The notes under the pieces: generated by a model
What the model saw: the letters and a program-made list of their open reading frames with translations, nothing else
Databases searched by the model: none
Told to the model about the DNA's origin: nothing
Made by a program: the position numbers and the translations under genes
Assembly: GCA_973895155.1 (NCBI GenBank)
Contig: OZ316899.1
Coordinates: forward strand, 13,085,934-13,149,933
Origin: Marsupella aquatica
Lineage: Eukaryota; Plantae; Marchantiophyta
Reading direction: 5' to 3'
Length of the DNA: 64,000 nucleotides
Shown: in pieces, positions 1 to 13,900 of the stretch
How positions within the stretch are numbered: position 1 is the first letter of the stretch
Layout: the number at the start of each line of letters is the position of its first letter

Positions 1-1576
1 TCAGGAAAGAAACCACAAAATCCAGGGCATAGGCTGCAAAGTTTCCGAAGTATGCCAAAACCAAATCTGGATCCTCTACCTCTACATCACCTTGAAGTAG
101 CATCATAGCAAGAGTAGGTCGGAAGTAGAGAGAGTCAGTCCAGAACTCATCAAATTGTGCCATCTCCAACCTGGAAGTCCCAAAACACCTGAGGTCAAAG
201 ATATAACTGGCCTCCGTCTTCTTGATATAATAATATCTCCAAAACTCTCCAACCGGTGGTCTGTTGGCCTGCATAATCTTACAGGTCTCCACATACCTGC
301 GTACTTGGAATTCGGGGGGTCTCGGGTATTTTTTCTCGATAACAGCATTCCGGGGGGTCTGAGTAGACGAGGTGATAACTGCTACTAAGTTTGGATTGGA
401 TCTTAAGGCAGTATCATCATCTTCAAATCCCTGCCTTGGTGACGGTGTTAAGGAGTTATCATAAGATCGAATGGAATTAAAATCAGAGGGTGGATCAGAA
501 TCTTCAGATAGATCCTCTCGAACGTAAGGATGCTCATACTGTGGCTGATTGTAGAGCGGTCCTTCTGTGGGTTCGTAGTTGGAATCAGGACTGTAAGGGT
601 GGGAACTTGGACTAAGAGAAGGTGTAGCAGTTGGACATTGCTGCACTAAGTTGCTGACCACAGATGTTATCTGTCAAGGTTCACATTGTAGTATCTCTAG
701 TAGATCATCTACGATAGCTGCACAACTGATACCTTCTGTCATTGGAACAAGGTCACTTGATTTTAGAAGAGGGACCTGTTGAGTAGCAAGGGTGAGAGTC
801 ACATATTCCATTGGTGTTGATTCTCCTGGGGGGGAGATCATCCTGATAGGACTTAACTGGTCAAGGAATGGTGACTTCAAGCTAACAGCTTCCATTCTTA
901 AATCATTAACAGCATCATAGAGTCCATCATCACTGCAACTGAGAAGAGATATCAACTTATCAATGAGTTGCTGATTTGATTCTGCTTTCGAAGGAGTGGG
1001 CGAGCTGGTCCTTAGGATGACAGCAATTGTTGGTTCCGCAATATGCTCTTGTTGCTCAAAGAGGTTTTCATCCTCTTCATCTTCTTCAGCTGCAGGTTGT
1101 TCTCCCATGCTGACTTCTCGTGAGTACACTTGGTTATTCAGAGGGTGTTGGACTAACTCCAAGTTGTGTTCAGGCAAAGCTTCAAGATCTCCTACAGATA
1201 CATTTTCTATATCCATATCAATATCCTCATCATTGGATTTCAGGGAAATGGCATCCACTGGTTCTTCCACATCGATTTCTTCCTCAATGCCCATCTCGAT
1301 CAGAAGTAATCCCCTTTCTATTCTCTCCTCGAAATGTAAACAGTCATAGGTATAATAGAGTTGAGAGAGATAATGTTGTAAGTAAGTAGTCCTCCCTGCT
1401 TTCAAGCTCCTCACTTGATCTTTCATAACGTTAAATAAAAGTAGGGCCCAATTTACTTCTATAACTCCACTGTGAGCAGCGACAATAGTGTTAGCCAAGG
1501 ACACAGGGCAAATAGTTGGCTTTTTTGGATGGAGAATGGGTACTAGAAATTCCAAAAGAATTCTCAGATCAGGGTG

Positions 1577-4500
1577 TGTGACACGGGTAACATGTCACTT
1601 GACCGAACCCAGGTCGTAGATTAGGACTTATACGGTCATTAGGACCGTAGCCATAGCGTAGAATAGCACGTATAGCCGTCAAGTTGCCATTATGATTAGA
1701 TTAGGAGTAGGTTAAGATAACCGAATAATTACGAGTTCAGGAAAGGGATTATTACGCATGACCGAGGTACGGTGGCGGCAGCGGAGTAAAAATCAGTTAG
1801 AAGAATCACGCTTGGACCGAGACGCCGACTTCAGCTCGTTATCAATGACCAAACGGCCTGACCTTCTCACGCTCGGGCTCGTTCGGGCACCCCCATAAGA
1901 GAGGAGCCGATGGCACTGCGGGCCATTCGCTCACGTTTACCTTTTTGGAATTCACGGACGCTGCCATCCGCTTGCCTTTTTGATTGAATCCAGTCGACCT
2001 TTACGAGGAAATTATCAAGGGAGAAGAGCGGAATGTGGCGAGATTTAGTCAGGACAAGCGAGGCCTCCGCGAAAAAGGACCAGCCAGGTGGGAACGTGGA
2101 CGCAACGAACCGGACTACGAGGTTAGTATGACCCTCACAGCCTTGGGATTTTGGACCTTGTTTGGCAAGGTAGGTGCTAAGTTCTCCGAGACTTACTGGT
2201 ACTCTTGCCCCGAGAAAGCCGCTTACAAACGAAGGTACGCAAAGCTGGTAACCAAGGTAGCACTGGTTAATTGCGAAAGGACAGCCATCACCAGGGATTC
2301 TAGCTATAACGAGCTGCGAGACTACATCACCGAACTATATCTCAGCGAGGAAGGGCTTAGATCGGTAGCAGAGGCGATTCTTGAGGTTCTAGCTAAGTTC
2401 TTTAAGCTGAAGGGCAACCAGCGGCTTACTCAAGCGGAGTTCGACAAGATTCCGGGGTACCTAGACCAGCAAATCGCAGCCGAAAAGCGCCAAGAAGACA
2501 TCAGTAGACAACGGGAAGCGGCGCGTAATCTCACATTCCTCGGGGAAAGCTCCAACGCCTTCAACTGGGATATGGCTACCCCAGCGCCTCAACCGATGAC
2601 CACCGGAGTACCGCCGAACCAGTCCCAAGTCCGTCCAGTAATCAACACGGAGTGTTCTTCGGGTTCCGAGCGAGCTAGTCCGCAACTCGAACAGCGTCCT
2701 CGTAAGCGGTCAAGGACTACGACGGCCCCCAAATCAACACGGACCGACGCCGCGCCTGCACCTGCCCCGGCAAACCCCCCGACCAACCAGACCCGACGGC
2801 CCCCGGATAACCCGAAGTCCAACTTATTACAGGTAATCCGCGTCCCCGAGGTAGTCTGGATCGCGATCAAGAAACTCGAACATGCGGACTATCTCAAGGA
2901 GCATCAGTTGGAGCGGTTCGCCCACTTACTATGGAGGCCGTGCGCCGCCGGGCCGAAGGAGATTTGTGAGTTCATCTCCAATTTCGACACTGATGCGTCA
3001 ACCACCAAGGTTTCGGGGCAGACCTTATCACTCACGGAGCATCGGTTAACGCAAATTTTCGGCCTACCAACCGGGCCGGTGCCGGTGGAAATCCAAATTC
3101 GGGATAAGGAGTATACGCCGCGGCACTTCAAACCCAAGGGTAAGACGGACAACGGATACAAGCAGGGGGCGTGCACCAACTTAACCTGTATGGAGCGGCT
3201 TAACTTCATACGGACTACCCTACACATGATTGAGCCACGATCCGAGATTTCCCTCTGCACGATAGTGCAGGTGGAACAGTACAAACGACAAAACTGGGCC
3301 CAATTCTTCTACCAAAGATTCTTGGGGGAGCTGAAGCGGGCTCAGGGTGGTATGGCTATTGGAGGAAAGACTTACTTGGGGAGTCATATCGCCATTATCC
3401 TCGCCTGGTACAAGGCACGGCGGGAGGCCAGAGGAAAGAATACGGCCACCTCAGCCCCGGGTAATGTCACCCCCGCCCCAGAGGAGGCAACCCCGACTAC
3501 GCGGACTACTGTCCCTCGGACAAACCCCGAGCCGGAAGCCCCGACTAATACTCCGCAACCGCCCCCTGTGGAAATTCCACCGCCTCCTTCCGTTGAGCCT
3601 CCGCTACCTGCAGTACAACCACCCCCAATCCCTCCACCACCTGAAGAAACCTTCCCCTCCCCAGCGCTGACTACGGAGGAGCTCGTTGCCCCTGTCGAGG
3701 AACCACTGGTACCCGAGAGGATGGAGGACTACCAAGTAGCCCCGGGGACCATGGCCTACGACCTGGTCCAGAAGTTTAGCCAGACTATGTCTGGGGAGTT
3801 GGCGACATACATCGGACAACAAGTCTCGGCGTACTTTCAGCCAGCCTTCTTCATGTTAGAGCACCAACCACGGATCGTCAGCCGCTTGGAAGAAGAACTC
3901 ATGGCGAAGGGGAATGAGATCGGGCGTCTCCAGATGCTGGTAGAGCACCTCGAGGAGGAGGCAACGACCCGCCGCGAGGATTTAGTCCGCACTGTCGAAC
4001 AGAGGGACGGACTAACCTAGGAGTTAAGCGGAGCGCAGGCCAAACTCAAGAAGCTGGACGACACCGTGCTTCAATTACGCTCAGAATCTCCGGCTCGGGT
4101 TACCAGCCTGACCGACCTCAACAAACAATTCCTACAGGCAGCACAGTAGGTGGCTAGTCTCTCCGCCGAACGAGATAAATTGCTAGCGCAAGACCAGGTC
4201 CATCGCGACGCCATCGACCAGCTCAACTTGGAGGTGGCGCGGCTCCAGACTGAAGCCGACGAAGCTGCAAACGAGGCGGAGGAAGCATTACGGGACAACA
4301 AGGCTTTGCAGGACCGCATCACCCTGCTCGTCCTCCAATGGGGAAAACCTGGGCCCACCTCTGATCAAGGCGGCTCGAGGTCTCGCCCCGACAAGGGGAC
4401 CAGCCCTGGTCCAACCACTGCACACACGTAAGGGGTAGTTAGCGAAGGGTAGAAGCAGGCGCCGCGCGAAGCGGTTAAGTCAGCGGCATCTTTTAGTTAG

Positions 4501-5414
4501 GCGTAACGACAGAATGACTGTCATTAGGCGCCGATTAGCGGCAGTAGGAAGAATTAGGGCCGGTCAGTTAGGATCAGCCAACGTAGGATTGAGTCCATCA
4601 ACGGACTTGAGTTTGTCAGTAGGCTTGGCCGCTGCCATTCCGGTTGGCACACTCGTAGTCGACGGTCAACCGGTCAGTGCAGCGCGACCGGTAGTCAGCA
4701 GTTAGTTAGTCAGTAGGTAGTACCCCGGAAGGTAGTATCCTCCGGTTCTCTTCCGCTATGGTAGTATTTAGGCTTCCCCTTCCGCGATGGGAAGGGGGAG
4801 AAGGCTTAGTTATCTCAGCAGAAGAAAGGCGAGGCACGGGGAGTCCCGGCCTGAGTAGGGTCAGAGCGTACCAAGGAGTGAGAGCCAGAGTCGAGCTTGC
4901 TGGGCAAGTGCGAGGCAGGGCCTCATAGAGACTGGGCATCGACTGCCGTTGGACCTGCTGACCCCCTTTGAAGTCGAGTCAACCATGTAAACTGATGCTT
5001 CGCTGAGTAAATGTAGTCTTTTCCCCTTAATGTTTCTGAGAGTAACTGGTGTTGTGTGTATGCTTTGTCCGGGCAAAGGCGCCATTTTAAGGGACGTACC
5101 GGGTGCGGACTAATGGTAGGGATTGCCGCTCATTGCATGTCACAAGGTCCTGTCATGTCGATGGCTTGAAAAGCCCCAAGTCGGGAGTTAGTCCGCGTCA
5201 CTAACTGAGGGAAAATTCCAGCGGTGGAAAATAAATATACCTATGACAAGTACGAATTATGCGAGTGTTATACCAGTAAGTATAGCGGCTTAGCCCGACT
5301 TAGGGCTATTGAAGGTCACTACACACCTCCTTGCCCGAACCCTCACCCCTACTGGTGGTCGAGGTCGCACCACGACACTAACCCGGATTTAAGGCCCAGG
5401 GTAGGGGTGCGACA
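1577..5414. mobile_element. 3.8-kb TG...CA-bounded insertion with 5-bp TSD (solo LTR or LTR-less non-autonomous retroelement)
   Basis: Starts TGTGACAC (1577) and ends GTGCGACA (5414). Flanked by GGGTG at 1572-1576 and 5415-5419. Removal restores the host reading frame. CpG-rich relative to the flanks. No terminal direct repeats seen. Confidence 0.9.
1984..4431 (+). pseudogene. Accessory TE protein (plant-mobile/putative transposon domain, Pro-rich linker, coiled-coil tail) with two in-frame TAG stops
   Basis: ORFs 1984-4020 and 4150-4431 share one frame, with TAG at 4018-4020 and 4147-4149. Motifs EFISNFD..TKVSGQTLSLT..IFGLP and NWAQFFY..TYLGSHI. No gag or pol motifs. Confidence 0.55.
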
Positions 5415-6004
5415 GGGTGATTGCACTGAGTCAGATTCCATCCATTTGCGAGGTTTCTGATTCCAGAGAAGTAAGGAGTTGACAAGTCCTTCTTCTTGGA
5501 ATACAATGCCGATCCTTCTGATGAGCAACCGAAGGCAAAAGAAATTTGTTCTACTGTCCACAGACTTGGTCGAGCTCGGATTGTTTGATGGAATTCACGG
5601 GAAATGGTAGTGCCTTTGACAAAATCTTGCAAGTATGTGTCTAACTCCACATTCCATGGTATATGCAAGAGGAGTTCTAATCCCAGCTGCTGTAGCGTCA
5701 TCCTTAAATTGGCGTAGCTATCGGGCGCCTGTGGGATTCGGACCAACACTGCCTTGGGAAACACCAGGGATTCAACGCGGTACTGCTCATCAGCTCCGAG
5801 GTCTGCCATAGCTGGTTCTCCGGATGTTCTTGCTGCTCGAGTTGCTACTAAGATCGTGGAATAAGATAGAGGCAGAAGAGATCTTAACAAGGCGCGTTTC
5901 TCTATTGCGCTTCAGCTGCTCTCGTTGCATACTCCCAACCCGTAGAAAGGTCCATTGAGATAGCCATAAGACGTCGCGATCGTAAGGCTCCTCCGCACAC
6001 TGCG

Positions 6005-6150
6005 AACTCGTAACCCTTAACTTGTAAGTCGTCAACTCGTAAGCCCGTAATCCAGTAATTACACTCGTGGTCGATACTCGTCAACCCGTAAACCCGTAAT
6101 CAGACTCAACTCGTAAACCCATAATCTCGTAAACTAGTAAACTCGTAAGA
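6005..6150. repeat. Cluster of short ACTCGTAA/CCCGTAA-like motifs
   Basis: About ten degenerate copies in ~150 bp directly upstream of the minus-strand ORF starting at 5809. Confidence 0.5.
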
Positions 6151-6344
6151 AGTTTACTTAGCGACTTGTAAATTGTCAGAGTTTAGTCGGAATGCAGTTT
6201 ACTCTACGGTTAGCAGTAAACATAGTTTAAATACCTCAAAAAAAAATTTAATTCCCAGTTTCTTTATACTTTTGGAATTACTCACTACTTACAAAGTGGA
6301 CCAATGTGGGCTGCCTGCACTTGTCTGCAATCAGTTTGGGTGCT

Positions 6345-6800
6345 CTATTCTACCATTTGAATGTGGGCATCTTGTTCTAGAATGCTTGCACTTAGGGACC
6401 CCTGCCTAGACTCTAAAAGCTTGGCAAGGCATGAATGTGCAGTCTCCATAAGAATTTCACTTTCTTCTCGGGCTGTACGCAAGACCACACTGGCAGCTTC
6501 ATGAGCCTCATTACTAATTCTGATCACCTCTGATTGCCCAGCAGCCAATATCTCTCTTCGCCTTTGGTTGCCATCAATTACTAAATCTTGGCATTGTTGC
6601 TTTGCACTCTCCATCATGAGATCGCATTGCTTTTGTGCTTCAAGAATCATTTCATCAGAGAGAGATGGTTGGTGACCACCTCCTTGCTGACCACTTGCTA
6701 TCTGCTCTTGTTTTTTCAACTTGGATTTGCGGTTTGCCAATCTTTGCTTCTCCAGCTTCTCTCTTGCTAGGGCATCAGATACCTGATTAATTGTGACCAA
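6345..6800 (-). other. Coiled-coil ORF fragment of unknown origin, probably TE-derived
   Basis: 151-aa open frame rich in E/K/Q/A heptads, no ATG start, no recognisable domain. Confidence 0.25.
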
Positions 6801-8249
6801 TTTGGCCTACTCATGTAACATAAAGAAGGCGCTGAAAAGCTCTGCACGGCCCCTGCTCCCACTCTTTGCTCGCATGTCAAGGAGCGCAATGCAAATTAAC
6901 ACGCGTGACTCAACATCGGCACGATCAAAGGCTTGAAACAATCACAGTAGTCCCGCTTTGACAGTCCCACTTTGATAGCCTGGCGTTGAACTTCCTCGTC
7001 ACCTAGTACATACCATGCATTTCAATTTATAACGAGTACCTCACAAAATCTGAATGCATTTAATCTCTCCTGCTACCCTTCCTGAGGCCAACGCAACCTA
7101 GATCTGTTATGTTCTCTTGAAAAACAAAAGCGAACCTGCATTTCAAACTATTTCAATTCTGTTGATTCCAATGCAACTTCAGATCCTATTTCCAAACGAA
7201 AGCAAAGCAAGATTTAGAGTGGCACCTGGTGATTGAGTGACTGCTCGACCATCCTCTCTGTGCTCTTTTCCAATGTTCCCTTCCGGAATCAAATGTCATC
7301 GACAAACCTACAAGCTCACAGCATAATCAAATTTGCAGCTTGATTGGCCCTCTTTCTTTGCTTGTTCCCGCTGCTCCTGTCTAGATTTGAATGTCATTCG
7401 CCAAGAGAGGGCTCTAGACCCTAAATTAAATCTGCAGCTCGACCAAGGCCTTTCTTTTTGCGTTTAACATCAATGTCCCTTTTCGCGCTTGATTGGCCTT
7501 TGCATCTGGGCTCACACCGCACGACTACTCTTTGAATCAATTCAACCCATGTAGCTAGACATGAATGCAGCAATTCTAGAGGACTTTGCAACCCATTTGC
7601 GCTCCAAAAGGCTCAGCTTTGATACTTTCTTGACGAGTTGCAAGTGGAAAGACAAGAATCTTGAACACCAAAAGCGCCCGAGTACTTCTATCTGCCACTA
7701 CTCTATCCCGCACCTAAGTCCAAAGGAGTCTGACTCCTTGTTTTCAAAAAGTCCTAAGGGAACGAATAGCGCCGACACTCTCCCATAAAACCAGTTATCC
7801 AACCATAAAATACATGTCGAGACAAGAAAGGAGTTCCCTCGGGAGCTCAACACAGTAATGAATGCGCCTCATACGTATTTGATTTGTAAAAGTACTTTTT
7901 GCTTTAGATCAGCCTAATCTTGGCCATTGGCAGTGCAAGGACTTTAAAAAGGAGTGGAGACATTTTTGCCTCCTTTGGTAGTCCTCAATCATGCAATCCA
8001 CCGAAAGGTAATCTTTACTGTGTCACCTTGGTTGGACGAACAAAATTTGAAGTGACATTATGATTGATGTATTAGGTGATTCAAAGACAAATAATGAAAA
8101 AGATGTGCCCAGTGCCTCAGTGTCCATAGCCAACCTGGAGGTATCAGGTGCGCTTATGCTTTAAATTTCTGTATATGAATGTTGTGAAACAATTCATTGG
8201 TTAACAGATTCAACCTGAATATTGTGGTGTGTTTATTTTTATTCATTTA

Positions 8250-9023
8250 GGATCAGTAGAAGCAAACATGGAGGACGTGGCAATGGCAAAGAAGGGGAAG
8301 AAGGCTGTTCATAATGGTAAGGTGATAGTGACAAGTATGATTGTGGTTGGTGACATGTACATTTAGCACATATGATTAGTGATTGACTTATGCACTGAAC
8401 AATGCACTGAATTCTAGTTGATGCAGAGTTGACAGACTCTCAACCAAGTGGAAGCAGGGTGAAGCGACGCCGAAACTTGGGAGCAACATTGGATGCAAGT
8501 AAACTTGTAGATGCTTCAATTGAAGCAAGTATAATGTTTGCAGATACTGAGATGATGTCGCAGGGAAATCCTGCTACACAATCGGAAGTGTCAAATATGG
8601 ATGCAGATTCTTTGAAGAAGAGTGTCCCCAATTCTCGATCACTAGCACAAAACACTTGTGCCAAAGTGATGACTCGCAATCAAGGTATGAACAATGTCAT
8701 GTATAAGCCACCTAGGAAAGCCAAGAAAAACAGCCACGGTAAAGTGGAGGTGATAACCACAGCAGAGCCAGTCCATAATCTTCTATCATGGGAGGATGAC
8801 TCACAAGTATGTGTGGGTACAGGCATTTTACGTGGGATCATGCTAAATTCCATGGCAAAGTGGTCCCGGATGACCATGTAGTACAGTGTTATTGACTACA
8901 GTGATTGTATCTGATTGTAATTTGCCATTTCCAAATAGAGTTGATGATCCACCTCAGGAAGTAATTGCAGATGCAATAGGATCTCTTGTGCTTTGGCCAT
9001 CAGAGTGTGTTTGTCTCCCGTAG
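8250..9023 (+). pseudogene. Relic of a CACTA/En-Spm second-ORF (TnpA-like) C-terminal domain
   Basis: Frameshifted translation VGTGIL..FHGKVVPDD..LPFPNRVDDPPQEVIADAIGSLVLWP resembles the HG..LP...T..DA.G..V.WP domain of En/Spm-associated proteins. Short GT-AG exons lie upstream. Confidence 0.5.
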
Positions 9024-9602
9024 TGAAAGAATCATGTGAATTGTGTTACATTTTCACATTGACTTGGAGAGATCCAAGAACTACATGTACCAATTTTGAA
9101 TTTGGTAAAGAGGATGAAGGATTTGTTGTCATTTATGTGTGACATGTGTATTTCTGAATTCTGTATGTATGTATGTATGCAACAAGTGATTCATGCCAAA
9201 CTATGGATCAATGGTGATTGTCTATGATACTTGAATCTGTTTTGTGAAATTTCAGATTAGTTGACATGGTGTAGAAGAATGCCTTGTGACCTATGGGGAT
9301 GGTGAATAATGTTTGAACTTGTGACAAGGCTGTGGGAAGATTCACAACCCGTCACTCCCCTTGCCGTTGGCCAAGAGTGAAGGTTAGTGCCTTGTTGTCG
9401 GCTTTGAGAATTATTGTTATGTTTGATGAAGTGTTGACTTTTAGAGATCTGATCAGGTATATAGAAGCAGATTAGTCAACTTCTCGTTATAATAACTCTC
9501 TTTTGTTACATCTCTTTATGATTGATTCCCTTGACGGCTGTCGAAGGGCGGCACAATTTGCTTAATCTGCTCCTGATGTGCTGCTTGGGGTTGGGGACAC
9601 AG

Positions 9603-9920
9603 GTGACAAAGAAACACAACAAAGATTGCCGAAAGTTGCTTTGCTTGATAGGTGTACCTGTTGTGAAGGTATTGACAAATTTTCATAATTTGCAAGTTGT
9701 AGCCAGCCCTAATGACCTGGGTAGATGCGTAGATCCTTTTTGCTATGTTTTCGGCACCTGTCAGACCATACTTGGTCCGTGCTTGCTCAACTATAATTTT
9801 TAAAGCATTATTGGCTTGGACAAATGATTCTCTACTGGCTGCATCTGTCTAGCTTAATTCACCTTATGCTGTTTGGTCTATCAGGCTCCCTCAGAGGCAG
9901 AAGCTGAGTGTGCTGCTCTG
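9603..9920 (+). pseudogene. FEN1: Two-exon fragment of flap endonuclease 1 (XPG-I region)
   Basis: Exon 9603-9668 (AG|...|GT) encodes VTKKHNKDCRKLLCLIGVPVVK and exon 9885-9920 encodes APSEAEAECAAL, matching plant FEN1 [34 protein letters not shown]. Similarity stops abruptly at 9920. Confidence 0.75.
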
Positions 9921-10683
9921 ATTTGGGTCTAATTTGCTCGAGGGTAGGATTTTTTGCACAAAATGTGGGCTCCCAATATTTGCAGATGATTAATTTCACA
10001 ATGTCAAATTACCTCTATTTCTTTTGAAGTTTCTCATTTGCGTTTATGGATGACTTTTTTGTCATGTGGCCTCTTCGTTTTATAATTAGAGAATGGTGCT
10101 ATATGTAGATGTTATCAACTCCTAGTTATGACCTGGATTCCTCAGCAGTTGTAAACATTTTGACGATTTAGTAATACTCTAAATCTACTTTAGAAGGTGA
10201 ATTTGCCTCTCCCGCACATTTTGGGAAAATTCAGGATTATTGATGCACAAGTTTTTCTTGCCACATGTATATATTGGAGCTCAAACAGCTCTGAATTTGA
10301 TAAGGGAACATGGGTATTTTGGAGAAAGTTGTGGAATATTTTATTTTGAATAAGACTAGGTCAGCAATGTAGTATTGTTGAAGAATACTATGCTGGGCTC
10401 GAAATCTGAATAGGTTATTGATGTCATGGTGCTGTTGGTGATTGCCTGACTTCAGCTTTAGCTTCAGCTTCTGTAGACACTTGTTCAGGATCATTGTATG
10501 GCCCCCCATAATTTATAACCTACATTTGTCTGGTTGATTCTCTTCATCCTACCTTTTTGTCCTTGCCTGCTCTCTTAGTATACTTTTATTGCAAGTCCTT
10601 TTTGACCTTGGGCTTCATAATTCAGTCATTGGCCGCTACAGACCAAATGTACTAGTCTATAACTAGGTTAGTTCTACATTGTG

Positions 10684-10939
10684 CAGTAACTCGTGGCTTC
10701 CATGAAGTGAGCTAGAATATATTTCTGAGTTGATCACATGTCAATCTTGGTTTGGCAGATGTTGTGTGAGGATTTGTATTGTATGAACGTGGGTGCCAAT
10801 GCTTTGTTTCACAGTAACTCGTGGCTTCCAAGAAGTGAGCTGGAATATATTTTTGAGTTGATCTCGTGTCAATCTCGGTTTGGCAGATGCTGTATGAGAA
10901 TTTGTTTTGTATGAATGTGGGTGCCAATGCTTTGTTTCA
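10684..10939. repeat. Tandem duplication, 2 x 128 bp, diverged
   Basis: cagtaactcgtggcttcc...gctttgtttca at 10684-10811 and 10812-10939. Confidence 0.9.
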
Positions 10940-13900
10940 CAAAGGATTGGTTCATTAGCTCCAAATGAAGAGTGTAAGCATATGGCACGCAATTGTGAAA
11001 TCCCCTTTGGATCCTCTAAGATGCAATCACATAACAACATTCCTCCTTCAATGGAATGCAATACAGGGACAAAAGAATATGATCCCGGGATGACCAATAC
11101 ACACAATTTCTTGTGAATCCCTTTATCAGGATCTCAAAGTGTAAAAAGTGTCTTGTACAAGACCGGGAAACTCAGATGTCAATCATGGGGAAAATCAAGG
11201 AACAAATAACTTTTAACCGTTTAACTCCAGTCACTGTGCCTGCTCTACCTTGCTCACAACGCCCTCCCGCCTTGATAACATGTGTTCGAGTATGACAGCA
11301 TTAAAAGAGGGTCGACATGCTGCAATCATAGTAAAGTAAGAGCAAGTTAGAGATGTGTGGTAAAATGAGCTGCATGCACAACCTAAAAACTACTTCTTAT
11401 CCATTATTAAGTCAATATTACACATCATCTATATGCAATCTTTTTATGTTTAATACATGGACATATGGTAGCAATTTGTTGTTAATTTTTAATGTCTATC
11501 GGATATCTAACTGACGTCGGTTCAAGTACATGAACATTACAATTAAGCCATGATATGTTTTGATGTAAAAGTTATGACTCATATGTGTCAATGGGATATG
11601 CAATCCAATTTACATCAGAATCACATACAACCAATATAAACTTAGCATATTAAGCAGTTTGATACAAAATGATTGTCCAATACACTCATAGAATTGACAA
11701 AGAAACCATGTACTAATCCAACTTATGTCAAATACATATACACCTCAGTTTCGTGATGAATATTAATGGAGTTTATGGCCGCCTAAGCCGAAATCCGATT
11801 AAGGACAAATCTTTTGGCGTGATAGCTAACATGGTAGCTTTTGCCCACGCCCATTTCCTTGGGCGTCTCCAAGACCATTGAAACCGGATTATCCTTGTGA
11901 GTCCATTGTATGATGCGATAAGGCCCCACATATCTGGGAGCCAACTTCCTACTTATGTTTCCATGGTATTGTTTACGTCTCAACTATAACCAAATGCTCT
12001 CCCCAATTTCAAAGCTTACCTAGTGTCAATGCTTCTCCCCTTGCTCCTTGTACCAACTTTGGGCAAGGGTCATACACTTGGTAGCCACTTCCACAACTAG
12101 GTGTTGCTCTCGAATAAAATTGTTTGGAGAAGGAACCTTGCATTCCGTTCGCCAAGCTTCCGGATTTATGAACTAGGAGGGCACCCTTGGCGTCCTCCCT
12201 GTGGCCAACACAAACAACGCAAACCCCGTCACCAAATGCTTGGTCAAGTTATACCTAAACGTGGCCATTGTTAAGTGCTTTGCCCAATCCTTTTGATTGG
12301 CCATCACAAAATGACACAAATAGTCCTCCACAATACCATCCACCCGTTCCATTTGGCCATTTGTCTCATGATGATACGCCGGTCCCCTAGTAAGGTATGT
12401 GTCGGATAATAAGAACAACGCCTTCCAGAAGTGGCCCGTGAACTTAGTATTGCGGTCGGATAGGATGCAATGACAATCCCCATTGTCTAAAGACATTGTC
12501 AAACACTAGACCAACAACCTCTCAAGCCAAAACCATTTTTGTAGTTGGCAAGAAATATGTCATCTTGGAAAAATGATCTATGATTGTTAAGATGGAGTTA
12601 CTGCCGTGGGACTCAGATAACCCAACAATGAAGTCCATGGAGATGGACTCCCATGGAGCCGCGGCTATAGATAACAATTGTAGAAGTCCTCCTTTTGCCC
12701 TAGAAACCGTTCGATTCTTTTGGCACAAGTAACAACTTTGCACGTGGCAAAGAACCAATTGCTTCATGTCTGGCCAATACACATCTTGCGATATACTGTG
12801 GTATGTAACAACTTGTCCGCCATGCCCACCCCATGGCGAGTCGTGGTACTTATGCAGAACCTCAAGTCTTAGGGACTCTGGTATGTACACATGCCTCTGC
12901 TTGTATTGCCATAATTGGACATCATGCGCAACATGCAACCCTAATAAAACGTGTCTCACCTTGCCTTGGCTACCCCCATTGCTTTGTCATTCCTTGGCTA
13001 ACTTGTCATCCCCATACGCCTCGGCCAAAACCGTTGGCCACTTGGATTTGAGCATCGTAATCCCATTGACACGATGATGGTCCCTACGCGATAAAGCATC
13101 AGCTACCGTGTTTGTCTTTCTAGGAACGTGACGGACTTCAAATTCAAAATCAAAATCAGGTTTTAACTACATTGCCACTAAAGACGTGGCTTATTATAAT
13201 ACTGCCACGGTTTTTACAAAATTTGTAATACTGCCATGGTTTCCGTATGTGGTTACTTGGGTTTAGACGAGTTAACCCAACTGAAGCAATACATGTCTCA
13301 TCCTTGTTGGGTAAAGAATCCGTCCAGTTTCTAAGAATTTGGTTTTTGTCAACTGTTTTGCCCGACTCTCTATTTGTGAGTGCGCGCTCATTTGCCTCTC
13401 CACTATGGGGAGACAAGAGTTTGAAATAAGTCCCGTCGTGATGTCAAACAAAACACCCTAGGCAGCCGTCTGATATTGGTTGGCTCTGCAGCCTAAATGT
13501 CGATGCTTTGGCAAGAACTTAGCAAACCTTCAAGTCTCTACAAACTAGAGAATCAACAAACTTGTCATTGGGTAGTTGTTTCCTCAAACATTGCTTACTC
13601 TCGCCCACTGCGGAGCAATCGTGCCCTGAAGGAGAACGTCGGTACATTTCACTAAAACAAAGCAAGGCCCATGTGCTGTTGAATTCTACAGCAGCGTATC
13701 AACTCTCAGTTGTCGTGCATCTATCATCAATGTTCCTATGTTCACAAATTGACTCTTGCTCATGGATCTAAATGCACATGCATTTATCAATAGTGGAGGG
13801 ATTTTGCAAGGAGCCAGTCAAAGCTGTTGACGCTGTTGCTAATTACAATGAGGGGAGAGGTAGCGCCACTGGAAAGGTAGCGCCACTAGAGAGCTAGCGC

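Larger units (their letters stand above)
674..5809 (-). pseudogene. TE-associated ORF (plant-mobile-domain / gypsy accessory ORF-like) split by the 1577-5414 insertion
   Basis: ORF 5378-5890 (ATG at 5809, MADLGADEQY...NGWNLTQCNHP) joins ORF 674-1555 in frame (CNHP-DLRILLEFLVPILHPKKP) once 1577-5414 and one GGGTG copy are removed. It has an NWA...TYL..L motif and an acidic tail. Family assignment is by eye. Confidence 0.6.

Noticed and set aside
11700-11800. Chromodomain, PPT and 3' LTR of the outer gypsy
   Set aside because: Similarity ends just after the GPY motif and no match to 41000-42570 was found; the element appears truncated
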